A DNA stretch of 64,000 nucleotides, from the IMG/VR virus record IMGVR_UViG_3300045988_179014, positions 224,001 to 288,000 of that record, one strand, 5' to 3'. The translations under genes were made by a program, and so were the position numbers. The notes below the pieces were generated by a model. That model saw only the letters and a program-made list of their open reading frames with translations. It was not told where the DNA came from and did no database searches. The stretch's first letter is position 1; each line of letters begins with the position of its first letter. The stretch comes from a virus. Shown here in pieces: positions 28,750 through 38,618 of this stretch.

Positions 28750-29397
28750 ATGACTGGATTCAACGAGATATACATTTCTGTGGACATTGAAGCAACGGGG
28801 CCGATTCCTGGTCTTTACTCCATGTCATCTATTGGTGCCTTTACAGCCGGCGCAAGAACCTGTGATGGAACATTTGTACATTTCGACCATACAGAGACCA
28901 ATAATGTTTTCTATGCTGAGTTACAGCCAATCTCTGAGCATTATATTCCTGATGCTATAAATGTGGGTATTTTGGACGGATTTGACAATAGTAGACCAGA
29001 TATGGACGGTTCACGACATTTTCAGTGGATGAAAGAACATGGAGACGACCCAGCTGATGTTATGTCTGGTTTTGTCACATGGGTGATTGAACAAGAAAAA
29101 CACTACAAAGCTCCATCTGTTTTCATGGCTTATCCAGCATCATTTGACTGGACTTTCGTGTATTGGTACATGATTCGATTTGGAGTCGAATCGCCTTTCG
29201 GTTTTTCCCGAGTACTGGATTTGAAAACATTGTTCGCAGCCAAGTCGCACAAACCAATCAGAAAGAGTATAAAACGGTACATGCCAAAAAGTTTGTTCCC
29301 AAAGCTGCTGCATACTCACAGAGCTGACGATGACGCCATTGAGCAAGGTGTGTTAGGCATCAATCTGCTTCAGTGGGACGGGAAACAGCCATCATGA
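28750..29397 (+). CDS. DEDD-family 3'-5' exonuclease (oligoribonuclease/KapD-like)
   Basis: YISVDIEATGP motif I at the N-terminus. Confidence 0.5.
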   Translation: MTGFNEIYISVDIEATGPIPGLYSMSSIGAFTAGARTCDGTFVHFDHTETNNVFYAELQPISEHYIPDAINVGILDGFDNSRPDMDGSRHFQWMKEHGDDPADVMSGFVTWVIEQEKHYKAPSVFMAYPASFDWTFVYWYMIRFGVESPFGFSRVLDLKTLFAAKSHKPIRKSIKRYMPKSLFPKLLHTHRADDDAIEQGVLGINLLQWDGKQPS

Positions 29398-29452
29398 CCA
29401 TAAACGACGACAAAAGCCAATAACCTTGAATGTATCAGTGTGTAATGTTTCA

Positions 29453-30016
29453 TTATGGATACACAATGACAGAGGTGACAAAGCTCCAAGGAACATACTG
29501 GGTTAGAATCACATCATTCAAGGTTTTGTAAAACTTCAATCCTGCTGCTTGCATTGCATTACCATCAATGCTCAGTACAACAGGTATGCTCTTATGTTGA
29601 CGGGCAGCAGATAATGCTATTTTCTCATCTGATGACAAATGCACAAACAGTCGTGAACCAGGAACAATACCCCATTCACGGATAGTGCCTACTTTTGATG
29701 CTGTGGTGCCATGATAAATAGTTCCAGGATTGTCAACTGAATCTAATTCTATGGTTATTGGAATAGAATGTCCTTCAGTAGCCCAAACACGACCATTAAC
29801 AACAGCATAATGACCACTGCTATCTTCATCAACAATTTTATGAATCATGCTTTCAGAAGTGTTCAATGCTTTGGCTAAATCTGTAACTTCAACTGAACCA
29901 TCCTGGTGCATATCAACTTGATACTGTTCAGGAGCATGACATAGGGCCTGATTCATTTGTTGGGACAATTCAGTCAATTCCATGTCTCTCCTCAATTCCT
30001 CGATATCATTGTTCAA
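29453..30016 (-). CDS. kptA: RNA 2'-phosphotransferase Tpt1/KptA
   Basis: 187 aa; IYHGTTASKVGTIREWGIVPGSRLFVHLS matches the Tpt1 R-HGT-R-VHL signature. Confidence 0.6.
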   Translation of the reverse strand: MNNDIEELRRDMELTELSQQMNQALCHAPEQYQVDMHQDGSVEVTDLAKALNTSESMIHKIVDEDSSGHYAVVNGRVWATEGHSIPITIELDSVDNPGTIYHGTTASKVGTIREWGIVPGSRLFVHLSSDEKIALSAARQHKSIPVVLSIDGNAMQAAGLKFYKTLNDVILTQYVPWSFVTSVIVYP

Positions 30017-30141
30017 TATCCTATTCTGAACACTTGACTTGTTCGTATGGAATTGCCCCCATAGTCCAATTCAGTGATGAAGAGCCATTGTGTTTTTCGT
30101 ATTTGTGTATCTATGAACTCATCACAATAGAACAGGAATTT

Positions 30142-31467
30142 TCACGTTTTCAAGACTTCTCGAAGTGCCTTCAACATTGCAGGGGCTTTCCTCGGTTTTG
30201 TGCGTTGTTCTGGCGCATCAACCAGACTAATCAACAATGAGGGAGGCAAAGTGAAATCCATTTTTTCTTGTACAGCTTTCTGCCAATCAGTAAGTGTAGG
30301 AAGAGCATCATCATATTCCATTGCTATATCACCCAAACAGTGAATCAAATCAATGAAATCATTGGTTCCCAAATGTTGAACAGCTTCTTCAAAGAAACTA
30401 ATGGTTGCATGATAATTTCCTGTATTGGAGAAAGCGCTTCTATTTGCTAATACATAGATGAAAAGCATTACGTCTTGTGCTTTTAGTTCTAGTTCGGCTA
30501 CATGACGAATAATGGATTGTATGCGTGCTGTGCTTACTTGGTTGATTGTGACACGATTTATTTCATCAGTCATTTGTTTTGAACACATGTTTCGAATACA
30601 AGCTTCCATTATTGACGTTGCTTCCAACTTCGGAATTTGTACTATTGGGGTACGTGCAACAGCATCACGATACAAAAGTCTAAGTTCTTCCATCACTGTT
30701 GCAGAAGATGGCATCTTTTCTTCAACGCCGTCATGCAACCAAGCAATCATCATTTCCAGTTTATGGCTGAATGAGGATTTGACTGTACCTTGATACCAAG
30801 ATTTAGGCCCTTCAAACAGGGTTTTCATATCTTGGCGAGTCAAACTCTCAATGTTTGTATGGTCTTTCTTTTTGAGCCACCCATGATGAATTATTTGTGG
30901 ATATATGGGACTATAATAACTATTCCTACTGAAATTGAATGATTTAGCTAATTGTTCAGTATGTGGAAACAATTGAATATTGAACGATTGAAAATCCTCG
31001 TATATTCGGTCCCAATGCTCATCCAAATAATCCTTGTATGTTCGCTCCATCACGGTGGTAGACAAAAACTCATTCAAAGCAATAAACGAGAAAATCGGAA
31101 ATTCGTCGTAGTCGCTGCTGGCGTATTTGTTGAAGAAATACATTCCCACATCATGATTTTTTACACGTTCTATCACAAATTTTCTAATTGTTTCAGCAAA
31201 AGTCTGTTCAGATGCCCAAGTATTATTGAATTTGCCTGTTTTCCACATTCTCTTCAAAAACGAGAATGTGATAGGTCCCATTGTGTGGTAGGAATAAGGG
31301 ACTCCCACTTGTGCTAACTTCAAAGTTTCTGGTACCAGTACAATAGAATCGTAACGCTCTATGTTTTGACCCATTGCTCTCAAAGTCAAATAATACTTGT
31401 CTCGTTCATCTTCGGAAAGGTATTGAACCTCTTTCGAAGGCATGAACTTCAGGGATTTAGTTCTCAT
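30142..31467 (-). CDS. Member 1 of a 4-gene family sharing a C-terminal tail motif (DxLPTxxDW...PxSLLxxLV)
   Basis: C-terminus DDALPTLTDWQKAVQEKMDFTLPPSLLISLV. Confidence 0.45.
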   Translation of the reverse strand: MRTKSLKFMPSKEVQYLSEDERDKYYLTLRAMGQNIERYDSIVLVPETLKLAQVGVPYSYHTMGPITFSFLKRMWKTGKFNNTWASEQTFAETIRKFVIERVKNHDVGMYFFNKYASSDYDEFPIFSFIALNEFLSTTVMERTYKDYLDEHWDRIYEDFQSFNIQLFPHTEQLAKSFNFSRNSYYSPIYPQIIHHGWLKKKDHTNIESLTRQDMKTLFEGPKSWYQGTVKSSFSHKLEMMIAWLHDGVEEKMPSSATVMEELRLLYRDAVARTPIVQIPKLEATSIMEACIRNMCSKQMTDEINRVTINQVSTARIQSIIRHVAELELKAQDVMLFIYVLANRSAFSNTGNYHATISFFEEAVQHLGTNDFIDLIHCLGDIAMEYDDALPTLTDWQKAVQEKMDFTLPPSLLISLVDAPEQRTKPRKAPAMLKALREVLKT

Positions 31468-31600
31468 ACCTACATGCTTTCATTTAATAGCGACCAAAAC
31501 ACAAGTGTTAAAACTTTGGATTAATTATACAATAAAACCTAAACAGGGGACAACTATGAATAAATCTACTGTTGTAATTGTTATTACATTGCGTAATCTG

Positions 31601-32185
31601 TTAAAATGTCTGATACAAACGCCTGTATTCTGTTAGAACACTACAATTTGCCCTACGTTTGTCTGTTTCATCAATTGTTTCAGATGTCATAATCTGAAAC
31701 AATAGTGATGGCTCCAATGAAAAATCTGCGCCCTCTATGTTGACATAATTCTTCCAATCCTCAATTGTACAAAGAGGTCCATCATATGTCATGTAAACAC
31801 GGTGAATGAATCGAACCAACTCCACTTGATGCGGGTCTTTCTCAAGCAGAGTATGAAACAAATCCAATACGTCTTGTAAGCTAGCCATCTCACCATCAAC
31901 CAGAAGGCTTGGGTGAAGAACTGTAATCAGAAAAGACAACATTTCTGGTGGAGTCAATGATGTTTTTTCACGCCATAAAAACTCTGCTATTGCTTTGAAT
32001 GCTTCTTCCCTGGTTTCAGTTCTTAAAATACTATCAGCCTCACGAACGAAACGCATCAGAAGGTCCAAAAGCACTGTTGTATCCTTGAACCTATCAGCAT
32101 GATGCTCAATCGATTTGATAACTGACAGAACAAGAAGTTGCACTGTATCATTCATACGTTCTGATGGCTCATTCATAAATACCAC
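31601..32185 (-). CDS. Member 2 (short, 194 aa) of the C-terminal-tail family
   Basis: C-terminus YDGPLCTIEDWKNYVNIEGADFSLEPSLLFQIM. Confidence 0.45.
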   Translation of the reverse strand: MVFMNEPSERMNDTVQLLVLSVIKSIEHHADRFKDTTVLLDLLMRFVREADSILRTETREEAFKAIAEFLWREKTSLTPPEMLSFLITVLHPSLLVDGEMASLQDVLDLFHTLLEKDPHQVELVRFIHRVYMTYDGPLCTIEDWKNYVNIEGADFSLEPSLLFQIMTSETIDETDKRRANCSVLTEYRRLYQTF

Positions 32186-32276
32186 ATCAGTAAGGTTTGA
32201 TTAGTGTTCATATGGCACATCCTTTACTCAACTGACCACAAACCGTAGCTGGGTTGGCCTTGTTCTATGAGAACTG

Positions 32277-33602
32277 TCACAAATAAGGCTTCATGGCTGA
32301 TTTGAATTCCATGGTTCGTTGGTTGTTGTAACGTTTCAGCTCAGTTTTTCCTTCCCCAACCATAAGCGCAATAGCTAAACTAGGAACCAAGTCAAAAACA
32401 CTGTTGTCCGCACTTGACAAATTTTTCATCCATTCTCCATATGAAGCCAGAACATCATCATAGTCCAGAACCATTTCAGTAATGAATCTGACTGCTTCTA
32501 CAGTGTTGTGACTAGAAACCGCTGTACTGATAATGGTCAAGCTTTTCTCCAAATCACATGAACGAAATGCCATGTTACTATTCAAAATAGCCGCCAAAAC
32601 AGATAGGACTTCAACTGGTTTCAAATTGGATGCATTATTGTGTAATGCTGTAGCCATCGTGTACCATTTTTGAAGTCCTGCACTCAGCTTTTTTCCACAG
32701 TGCAACTCATCCAGCAAATAATGGAATTCGTTATACAGTGGTCTTGTTGAGAGCCCCCTACCAGTAATGTCATCATGATTGGCTGACATGCTTTTAATGA
32801 ATGTGCTTGACAACAAACTTTCAACATCAAAAGCAGAAATACTCGTAGAAACTTTTCTCACATCATCAATGAAGTTTTTCAGAGCACGTGTATAGTTTGA
32901 ATACGTGACTCTCTTTTTCTGAGAAGATGGCAGTTTCAAGTAACGAATAATCTCCGATTTGGTCAGAGATTTCACAAGCGGCCCATTTTTGTTCCATGCA
33001 CGGTTTCGAAACGCTATAGGACTTTTACGGTAACAATCCAACAAATCAGTTGTGTGCTCATTTTGGGTGAACTGGAACTTCACAAATTGTGTGTCCAGCT
33101 CTTTTTCGTGTCCTTCCATGTAATCACCCAATGACTCACTATTGTCTCCATGTGCTAGCAACTCATTGATACCCAGCAAATGATAAAGATAGTATTCGTC
33201 CCAAAGTTTATCTGTCTCTGCCATACCATCTTCTATGATTGTCGACATGTCATACACTTGTTCCTTGGAAAAGCCGTGTGCAGATAGAAGCTGATTAATT
33301 CTTCTATCATAGTAATGAGTCTTTTTCTCTCCCGGATTACATGTATGGCTCAATTGAAACGTTCCAATATTTGGGAACATGTAATAGCAGTCATAATATT
33401 TGTAACGCAAAGGCGACCCGTGTCTTTTTAGGTATTTCAAAGCATCATTTACCTGTTGGTCCAAGTTCTCATGATGGACGAACACCCCCGCAATATGAGG
33501 CGCATAGCTGAACATTTCCTTCAGAGCATCTGGAAGCTCTTGGGTACTTCTAGCGTCTTGTTTATAGTTTCTTGACGTGAAATGGTACTTCTTTAATTCC
33601 AT
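32277..33602 (-). CDS. Member 3 of the C-terminal-tail family
   Basis: C-terminus YDDVLASYGEWMKNLSSADNSVFDLVPSLAIALM. Confidence 0.45.
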   Translation of the reverse strand: MELKKYHFTSRNYKQDARSTQELPDALKEMFSYAPHIAGVFVHHENLDQQVNDALKYLKRHGSPLRYKYYDCYYMFPNIGTFQLSHTCNPGEKKTHYYDRRINQLLSAHGFSKEQVYDMSTIIEDGMAETDKLWDEYYLYHLLGINELLAHGDNSESLGDYMEGHEKELDTQFVKFQFTQNEHTTDLLDCYRKSPIAFRNRAWNKNGPLVKSLTKSEIIRYLKLPSSQKKRVTYSNYTRALKNFIDDVRKVSTSISAFDVESLLSSTFIKSMSANHDDITGRGLSTRPLYNEFHYLLDELHCGKKLSAGLQKWYTMATALHNNASNLKPVEVLSVLAAILNSNMAFRSCDLEKSLTIISTAVSSHNTVEAVRFITEMVLDYDDVLASYGEWMKNLSSADNSVFDLVPSLAIALMVGEGKTELKRYNNQRTMEFKSAMKPYL

Positions 33603-34027
33603 CAGTTCTCTCCCCGCTGCACAATAATTGATGTCTCAACGTAATCGGTTCCAATACGTCGCAAATATGCATTACCGCCATCAACTGACAATTGTCCACA
33701 TTTGCACGTCACAAAATCGTGTTGATGTTGAGACACTAATTCATTTTCACATTGTCCACATTTTGCCGAGTTTCGTAAAATGGCAAAACCACGGCGATTG
33801 AATTGGTAATCATCCGGGTCCACAACGAAACCCAAAGGAAACTCAGGACTATAGCGAACCATGTGTCCTTGTTTAAAACCTAACGGCAAATCACGGTACT
33901 CATGGTTTGATGGGTTGTGCAATGGACAGTATGCCCCATTACACTGAGTTTCATGATGGATGTGCGACAATTTGGTTCCATCAGCAAAGTACACAGTATC
34001 TCCCACTATGGAATGAGACATGGGCAC
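33602..34027 (-). CDS. Cys/His-rich small protein (probable Zn-binding)
   Basis: Multiple CxxC / HxH clusters (CNGAYCPLH, CGQCENE, CKCGQ). Confidence 0.35.
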   Translation of the reverse strand: MPMSHSIVGDTVYFADGTKLSHIHHETQCNGAYCPLHNPSNHEYRDLPLGFKQGHMVRYSPEFPLGFVVDPDDYQFNRRGFAILRNSAKCGQCENELVSQHQHDFVTCKCGQLSVDGGNAYLRRIGTDYVETSIIVQRGEN

Positions 34028-34092
34028 ACCTCCCCTGACATCTTATTGATACACACATCAATGCTAACAACTTATGTACTCAAAATCAATCA

Positions 34093-35436
34093 TCAAGACG
34101 TAATCAGACTGTTGGAATCTGACACACGCTCCACCAGCCGATTCACCTTGAAACGTACCTGCTCCTGAAACGCTCTACTGCGAAAATGCTTCCGGTCTTT
34201 TTGTTGGACCAATGTCAAAAGAAGACTAGCAGGAATTGATGAATCGATTTGCTGACCGTTATGTAACCAATTCTCCCAGTCAGAAAATGTTGGTAGTTCA
34301 TCAACGTTTTCCGTAACTGTATCTTCAATCAATGCCAGAAAAGAGAAAGCTTTACTTGATTTACCACAAAGGCCTTGCCAGATGATTTCCAATGCTTTTG
34401 AAGTTCCGGCACGATTGAACATGAGACGTGGGTGACTCAAAGCAACAATGAGTGTAAGAAATGTCCGTAACTGGATACTGTTTCTGTGTCTCCAGCAGAA
34501 TTTGAAAATCTCGTGTAACTGATAATTTTGTCCTTTGATTCCATTGATTAAAGTCAGTCTAATCCTATCCAAGAAACTGGACAAACCATAAGGTAACTTG
34601 GATTCAATTGCGTCATATATATAATGTTTCAGCAGTTTGTTGCATTGTTTGTTTAATTCGGTTGACTCAATTCTTCTTTTAGGATGTTTGAGTTCCTGCA
34701 TTGCATAAGACCACACACGCCCAAAATCTCGTGAAGAAGTAAAATACCGATAAGAATAGAACATCAGATGTTCTACCTCAATTTGGCGTAATGAGAGAAT
34801 TTTGTTTTTGTGCTGTTTTTCAACAACAGCATTCCAGCGTAAAATACCATCACCATGACTAGCAGTGATGAGTTTTAAAGTATGAACACCCCAATTCCAA
34901 TCCCAATTATAGAACCTGTCCAGTAGTGTTGACATATTCTGTTTCAAATATTCACCATAGGTATCATCAGACTTGTTCTCATGAATGAAAGCATTAAGAG
35001 TGAAGAATCGAAAAATGCTCTCATCATGCCAACATCTTTCATTCAACAACTGATGTCGCATGATTGGAGCAATAAATGACAACCACTCCTCTGGCGTTTT
35101 TGCTGAACGAATATTTGATTTGAAGTATGAAATGTTCACACTAATCGTAGTGTTAATAGTTTCAAATGACAATTTACCTACAGGAGGAAATGCAGCTAAA
35201 CGAAATGGAAACAAATTAGGGGAACAATTCTTTAAATCAGTAAGTAATCCATCATACAATGGGACATAGGAACCCGCTGCTACATGATTCCAGCCTTTGG
35301 AAAGCTTGTTTGAAAGATAAACAATTAAATCATTACTGGTTCCGGATGGAAAAACCAATTTTGACAGTGGAGTGTAATGTTTAACTTTCAATATGGGGTA
35401 AGTTTTCAGTATGTTAGTTGTTTCCAATGATTCCAT
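34093..35436 (-). CDS. Member 4 of the C-terminal-tail family
   Basis: C-terminus VDELPTFSDWENWLHNGQQIDSSIPASLLLTLV. Confidence 0.45.
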   Translation of the reverse strand: MESLETTNILKTYPILKVKHYTPLSKLVFPSGTSNDLIVYLSNKLSKGWNHVAAGSYVPLYDGLLTDLKNCSPNLFPFRLAAFPPVGKLSFETINTTISVNISYFKSNIRSAKTPEEWLSFIAPIMRHQLLNERCWHDESIFRFFTLNAFIHENKSDDTYGEYLKQNMSTLLDRFYNWDWNWGVHTLKLITASHGDGILRWNAVVEKQHKNKILSLRQIEVEHLMFYSYRYFTSSRDFGRVWSYAMQELKHPKRRIESTELNKQCNKLLKHYIYDAIESKLPYGLSSFLDRIRLTLINGIKGQNYQLHEIFKFCWRHRNSIQLRTFLTLIVALSHPRLMFNRAGTSKALEIIWQGLCGKSSKAFSFLALIEDTVTENVDELPTFSDWENWLHNGQQIDSSIPASLLLTLVQQKDRKHFRSRAFQEQVRFKVNRLVERVSDSNSLITS

Positions 35437-35592
35437 TTCATTATTCTATCAACCAACAAAGTAACCATAGAGTGACATTTCATCCAATAAAAACCCACAA
35501 CATGTATGAATTTCAAGTGTTCGTGTTGTGTTTGAATGATGATTTTGTGAAGTTACTCATCACTCAACAACGAAATGCTCAAAATTGTAATG

Positions 35593-36693
35593 TCAGACTG
35601 TCCATAATCTGTCAAAACGGTCAGGTCCATATGATTCAATTGCTACTGGACCCAACATATTTGGTTTCACAGGTCCATTGTTGGTCATGATGTTGGAAAA
35701 TTGGTCCAACCAGCTTATGGCAAGATACGTTGGTTTTACACGTTCTATTGACCATTCCAGCATGTTTTGGTCCCAAAGTCCAGTACGAAAAGCACCGGCC
35801 CATTCAGATGTTCCATTGTGTGGTTCTGGTACTGTTACATGATTCTCATAAGGCATTGGACCTGCACCATGACGGGTAGCATATGTTCTCAAACAACCAT
35901 ATACTGTCACATCCTCCACACCAGCTTGTCGCAACATTGTTCTGGCATTACTTGGGGTAGTAGTGCTCCAGGTGTTGTGAGGTGGTTGACCAAAGTTTTC
36001 ATCCAAAAGAAACCCTTGAGCGCCTTCAAACACAGTATGCCCCACAGTGAGTTCATTCAGAAAATGGTCATTGTCCACCACTTTGAAAACCTGACTAAAT
36101 GCATCCATCATAGTACGAGCCATTGCAAGATAGGTTCCAGGTTCTTGCTCTTCCAATCCCATGTTCTGACCATAAAATTGGAGAAAATCCAGGATTGTAT
36201 CTATTGAGAACATGTCTTTTGCACGTAAAGGAGTATTTCCATGGTATTCCCAAGCAACCGTTTCCCCAAAACCTGTGCCAGTGGAGCCATGACGTGCTTC
36301 TCCTCTGGCTTTTTCCCGAGCATGATTCACAAACACATGTAAAGGAGTAGTCACTTTCGTAAGTTCTGACACATGAATAAAGCGGGTATCTGTTGTCAAA
36401 ACTGGTTTCAATGCTGTTTGTTCTTGCAATGCTGACAATGGGTCAATAGTGCAATATTCTGAAATCCATGTTGGAACTTGTGAAAATGTCCCAGACCCGT
36501 AACTGGAAAAAGTGTGTGACAGTTTTCCAACTTGTACATTGTGTGCAGCTTGTTGTCCCCCATTGAAGCGCACCACTCTTTTGGCTTTGTGACGATGTGC
36601 CAGGTAATCAGTTGTTGCGCCTTTGCATTCATCACCCCAGCCCAGACCCACCACAATGTCAGCAGTGGGTCGGGATGGATTTTTGAAAGTCAT
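35593..36693 (-). CDS. Adenylosuccinate synthetase homolog (PurA-like; short form, possibly PurZ-like)
   Basis: N-terminus IVVGLGWGDECKGATTDYL parallels the PurA P-loop VVVGxQWGDEGKGK; 366 aa versus about 430 for canonical PurA. Confidence 0.6.
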   Translation of the reverse strand: MTFKNPSRPTADIVVGLGWGDECKGATTDYLAHRHKAKRVVRFNGGQQAAHNVQVGKLSHTFSSYGSGTFSQVPTWISEYCTIDPLSALQEQTALKPVLTTDTRFIHVSELTKVTTPLHVFVNHAREKARGEARHGSTGTGFGETVAWEYHGNTPLRAKDMFSIDTILDFLQFYGQNMGLEEQEPGTYLAMARTMMDAFSQVFKVVDNDHFLNELTVGHTVFEGAQGFLLDENFGQPPHNTWSTTTPSNARTMLRQAGVEDVTVYGCLRTYATRHGAGPMPYENHVTVPEPHNGTSEWAGAFRTGLWDQNMLEWSIERVKPTYLAISWLDQFSNIMTNNGPVKPNMLGPVAIESYGPDRFDRLWTV

Positions 36694-37634
36694 CGTAACA
36701 CCTTTGGACCAGCATCGTTTTTACGTGCTAAAGTCTTCCCAACTCGAAGTGCTATTTCTTTACCTGCTGTTTCAGTTAAATCTCGTTCGATAGTGGTACG
36801 GTCGGTTCCTTCCGCGAAACCAACAACTGCGGCAATGGTTTCTGCAATGTTGTTGGGGTCTTCCACAATCAACACTTGCTTTTCTCCAAACAAATTGGCA
36901 TAGAATTCATGTGACCGTTGGAATCGTGCAGCTGAATTGTCAATTAGTAGTACCCATACATGCCATTTCTCAGTTACGGCTTTGGCAATTGATTCATTGC
37001 TCAAATCATCCAACAATGGCTGTTTGTCCCCAATGACTTCACGTACATGGTCTTTGTCGATAGGCACTTGTTTCTCATCTGCTATCAAAAACAAATGTCC
37101 TTTGTGTTTCCGTTTTTCCCAGGAATCTGTCTCGGTGTGAGTTGCTGCATAGTAAAGGAGAAGATTGCTGGTTTCACCATTGTTTCCTCCACCACCACCT
37201 TCTAGGAACATGTTGTCCAAGGCATCATCTACTCGGTTGTCAGATTCGAATTGACCAAACTGTAATGGGACTGAATCGCAATGTGCATCACCATACGTGG
37301 CTACTGCAACTTGTGGGTCCTTGGCGTATCCTTTATCCACCAATAGTTTGAATACTGTTCCCAGTTTTTGTTGCATCACTCTTGGGACAGACCCCATGGA
37401 ACCGGTAGAATCAAATGCAACAATGATGGGAAGGGAATTGGGATGTTCTTTTGAGTCTCGTGATTCTCTAACGTTCAACCCTACTTTGTTCAACTTTTTG
37501 GGGGTCAAATCCTCATGAGCCTTGTACACTCCGGAACTACGAACTGACCGGTCGTAACCAAACGTTGCACCAGTACGAATTTTGCTACTTGTAACACCTG
37601 AATATGTAGCAGCACTCCAAACTCCTCCACCCAT
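36690..37634 (-). CDS. von Willebrand factor A domain protein (TerY-like)
   Basis: MIDAS motif DSTGSMG near the N-terminus; Ter-cluster context. Confidence 0.55.
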   Translation of the reverse strand: MGGGVWSAATYSGVTSSKIRTGATFGYDRSVRSSGVYKAHEDLTPKKLNKVGLNVRESRDSKEHPNSLPIIVAFDSTGSMGSVPRVMQQKLGTVFKLLVDKGYAKDPQVAVATYGDAHCDSVPLQFGQFESDNRVDDALDNMFLEGGGGGNNGETSNLLLYYAATHTETDSWEKRKHKGHLFLIADEKQVPIDKDHVREVIGDKQPLLDDLSNESIAKAVTEKWHVWVLLIDNSAARFQRSHEFYANLFGEKQVLIVEDPNNIAETIAAVVGFAEGTDRTTIERDLTETAGKEIALRVGKTLARKNDAGPKVLR

Positions 37635-37736
37635 GATGACACTCTCCTTGGTCTAGTGGTGAACAGCTATGCGTTAAATATCAGTTTGACCCTTAACACT
37701 GTCATTGTACCAATTTGAACCCGAAAATAACTTATG

Positions 37737-38579
37737 TCAAATGCCTTTAGAAGGTGGAGCAGGAAGAGGGTGCCATTTCGACCCACCAAAATCCTTCTTC
37801 AACGCTGCTTCCCCACGATGAACCGCTTTCTCCACAGGTATTGGACGAAGGCGCATCTCATACAAAAACTTCCCCAACGCTGGCGAAGTTTTTCCAGATT
37901 CCAGCAATAAAGCAGCACTCTGGGACACAGACAGTTCAGTATCAGTTGGATTCCCTGAAAGATATCTTGGCAAGGTGAACGCATATGGAGAAACTTCCAA
38001 TGATGCACCAAGAGGAACAGCAGTCCACCATCCATCCAGTCGTAAACCATGCTCAGAAGGAAGAAGCGCTACTGTATTGGCATTGATGTCTCCATGAACC
38101 CAACCCTCCTGTGCTGCCAAATGAATCACTGTCAGCAGTCGACGCCAAATCCAAGCAATCGTTCTCTCGTCCAATTGTTCGAATGCACTTAGTAACCACC
38201 ATCCAGGCCCGTAACGGCTCTCCAGGGTTAGTTTGTTTCGATGTGGCTCCGGAACCCACTGCACCGGCTCAGAAGACTTCCAGAGGGCATTCTGTGCCTT
38301 CTCAGCCCTATCCAACAAATCCGAGTTCACTGCATCAAAAGACCAATAGATGCTTCCACCGCCAAACTTGCCTGTGGCCAATCGAAGACTCACATCTGGC
38401 GCATGGAACAATGATTCCAATTTTGTAAAAGCAAGATTGGCCTGAGGGTGTTTGCACACATCCGGATGAACTCGAACTTGTGCTTTCCTAAGACCTGTTT
38501 TATCGTGCTCCAACCCCAATTGGTCCCAACTGGTAGCATTGAGAACAATATTTACAAAAGCATCCATGGAAAACTCCAT
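37737..38579 (-). CDS. Protein-kinase-like / phosphotransferase-fold protein with J-domain-like N-terminus
   Basis: VHGDINANTV resembles the kinase catalytic loop HGDLxxxN; the N-terminal LRKAQVRVHPDVCK contains an HPD-like motif. Confidence 0.35.
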   Translation of the reverse strand: MEFSMDAFVNIVLNATSWDQLGLEHDKTGLRKAQVRVHPDVCKHPQANLAFTKLESLFHAPDVSLRLATGKFGGGSIYWSFDAVNSDLLDRAEKAQNALWKSSEPVQWVPEPHRNKLTLESRYGPGWWLLSAFEQLDERTIAWIWRRLLTVIHLAAQEGWVHGDINANTVALLPSEHGLRLDGWWTAVPLGASLEVSPYAFTLPRYLSGNPTDTELSVSQSAALLLESGKTSPALGKFLYEMRLRPIPVEKAVHRGEAALKKDFGGSKWHPLPAPPSKGI

Positions 38580-38618
38580 CTGTTTACAATATTACAAATG
38601 ACAATTACATGATGCCAA

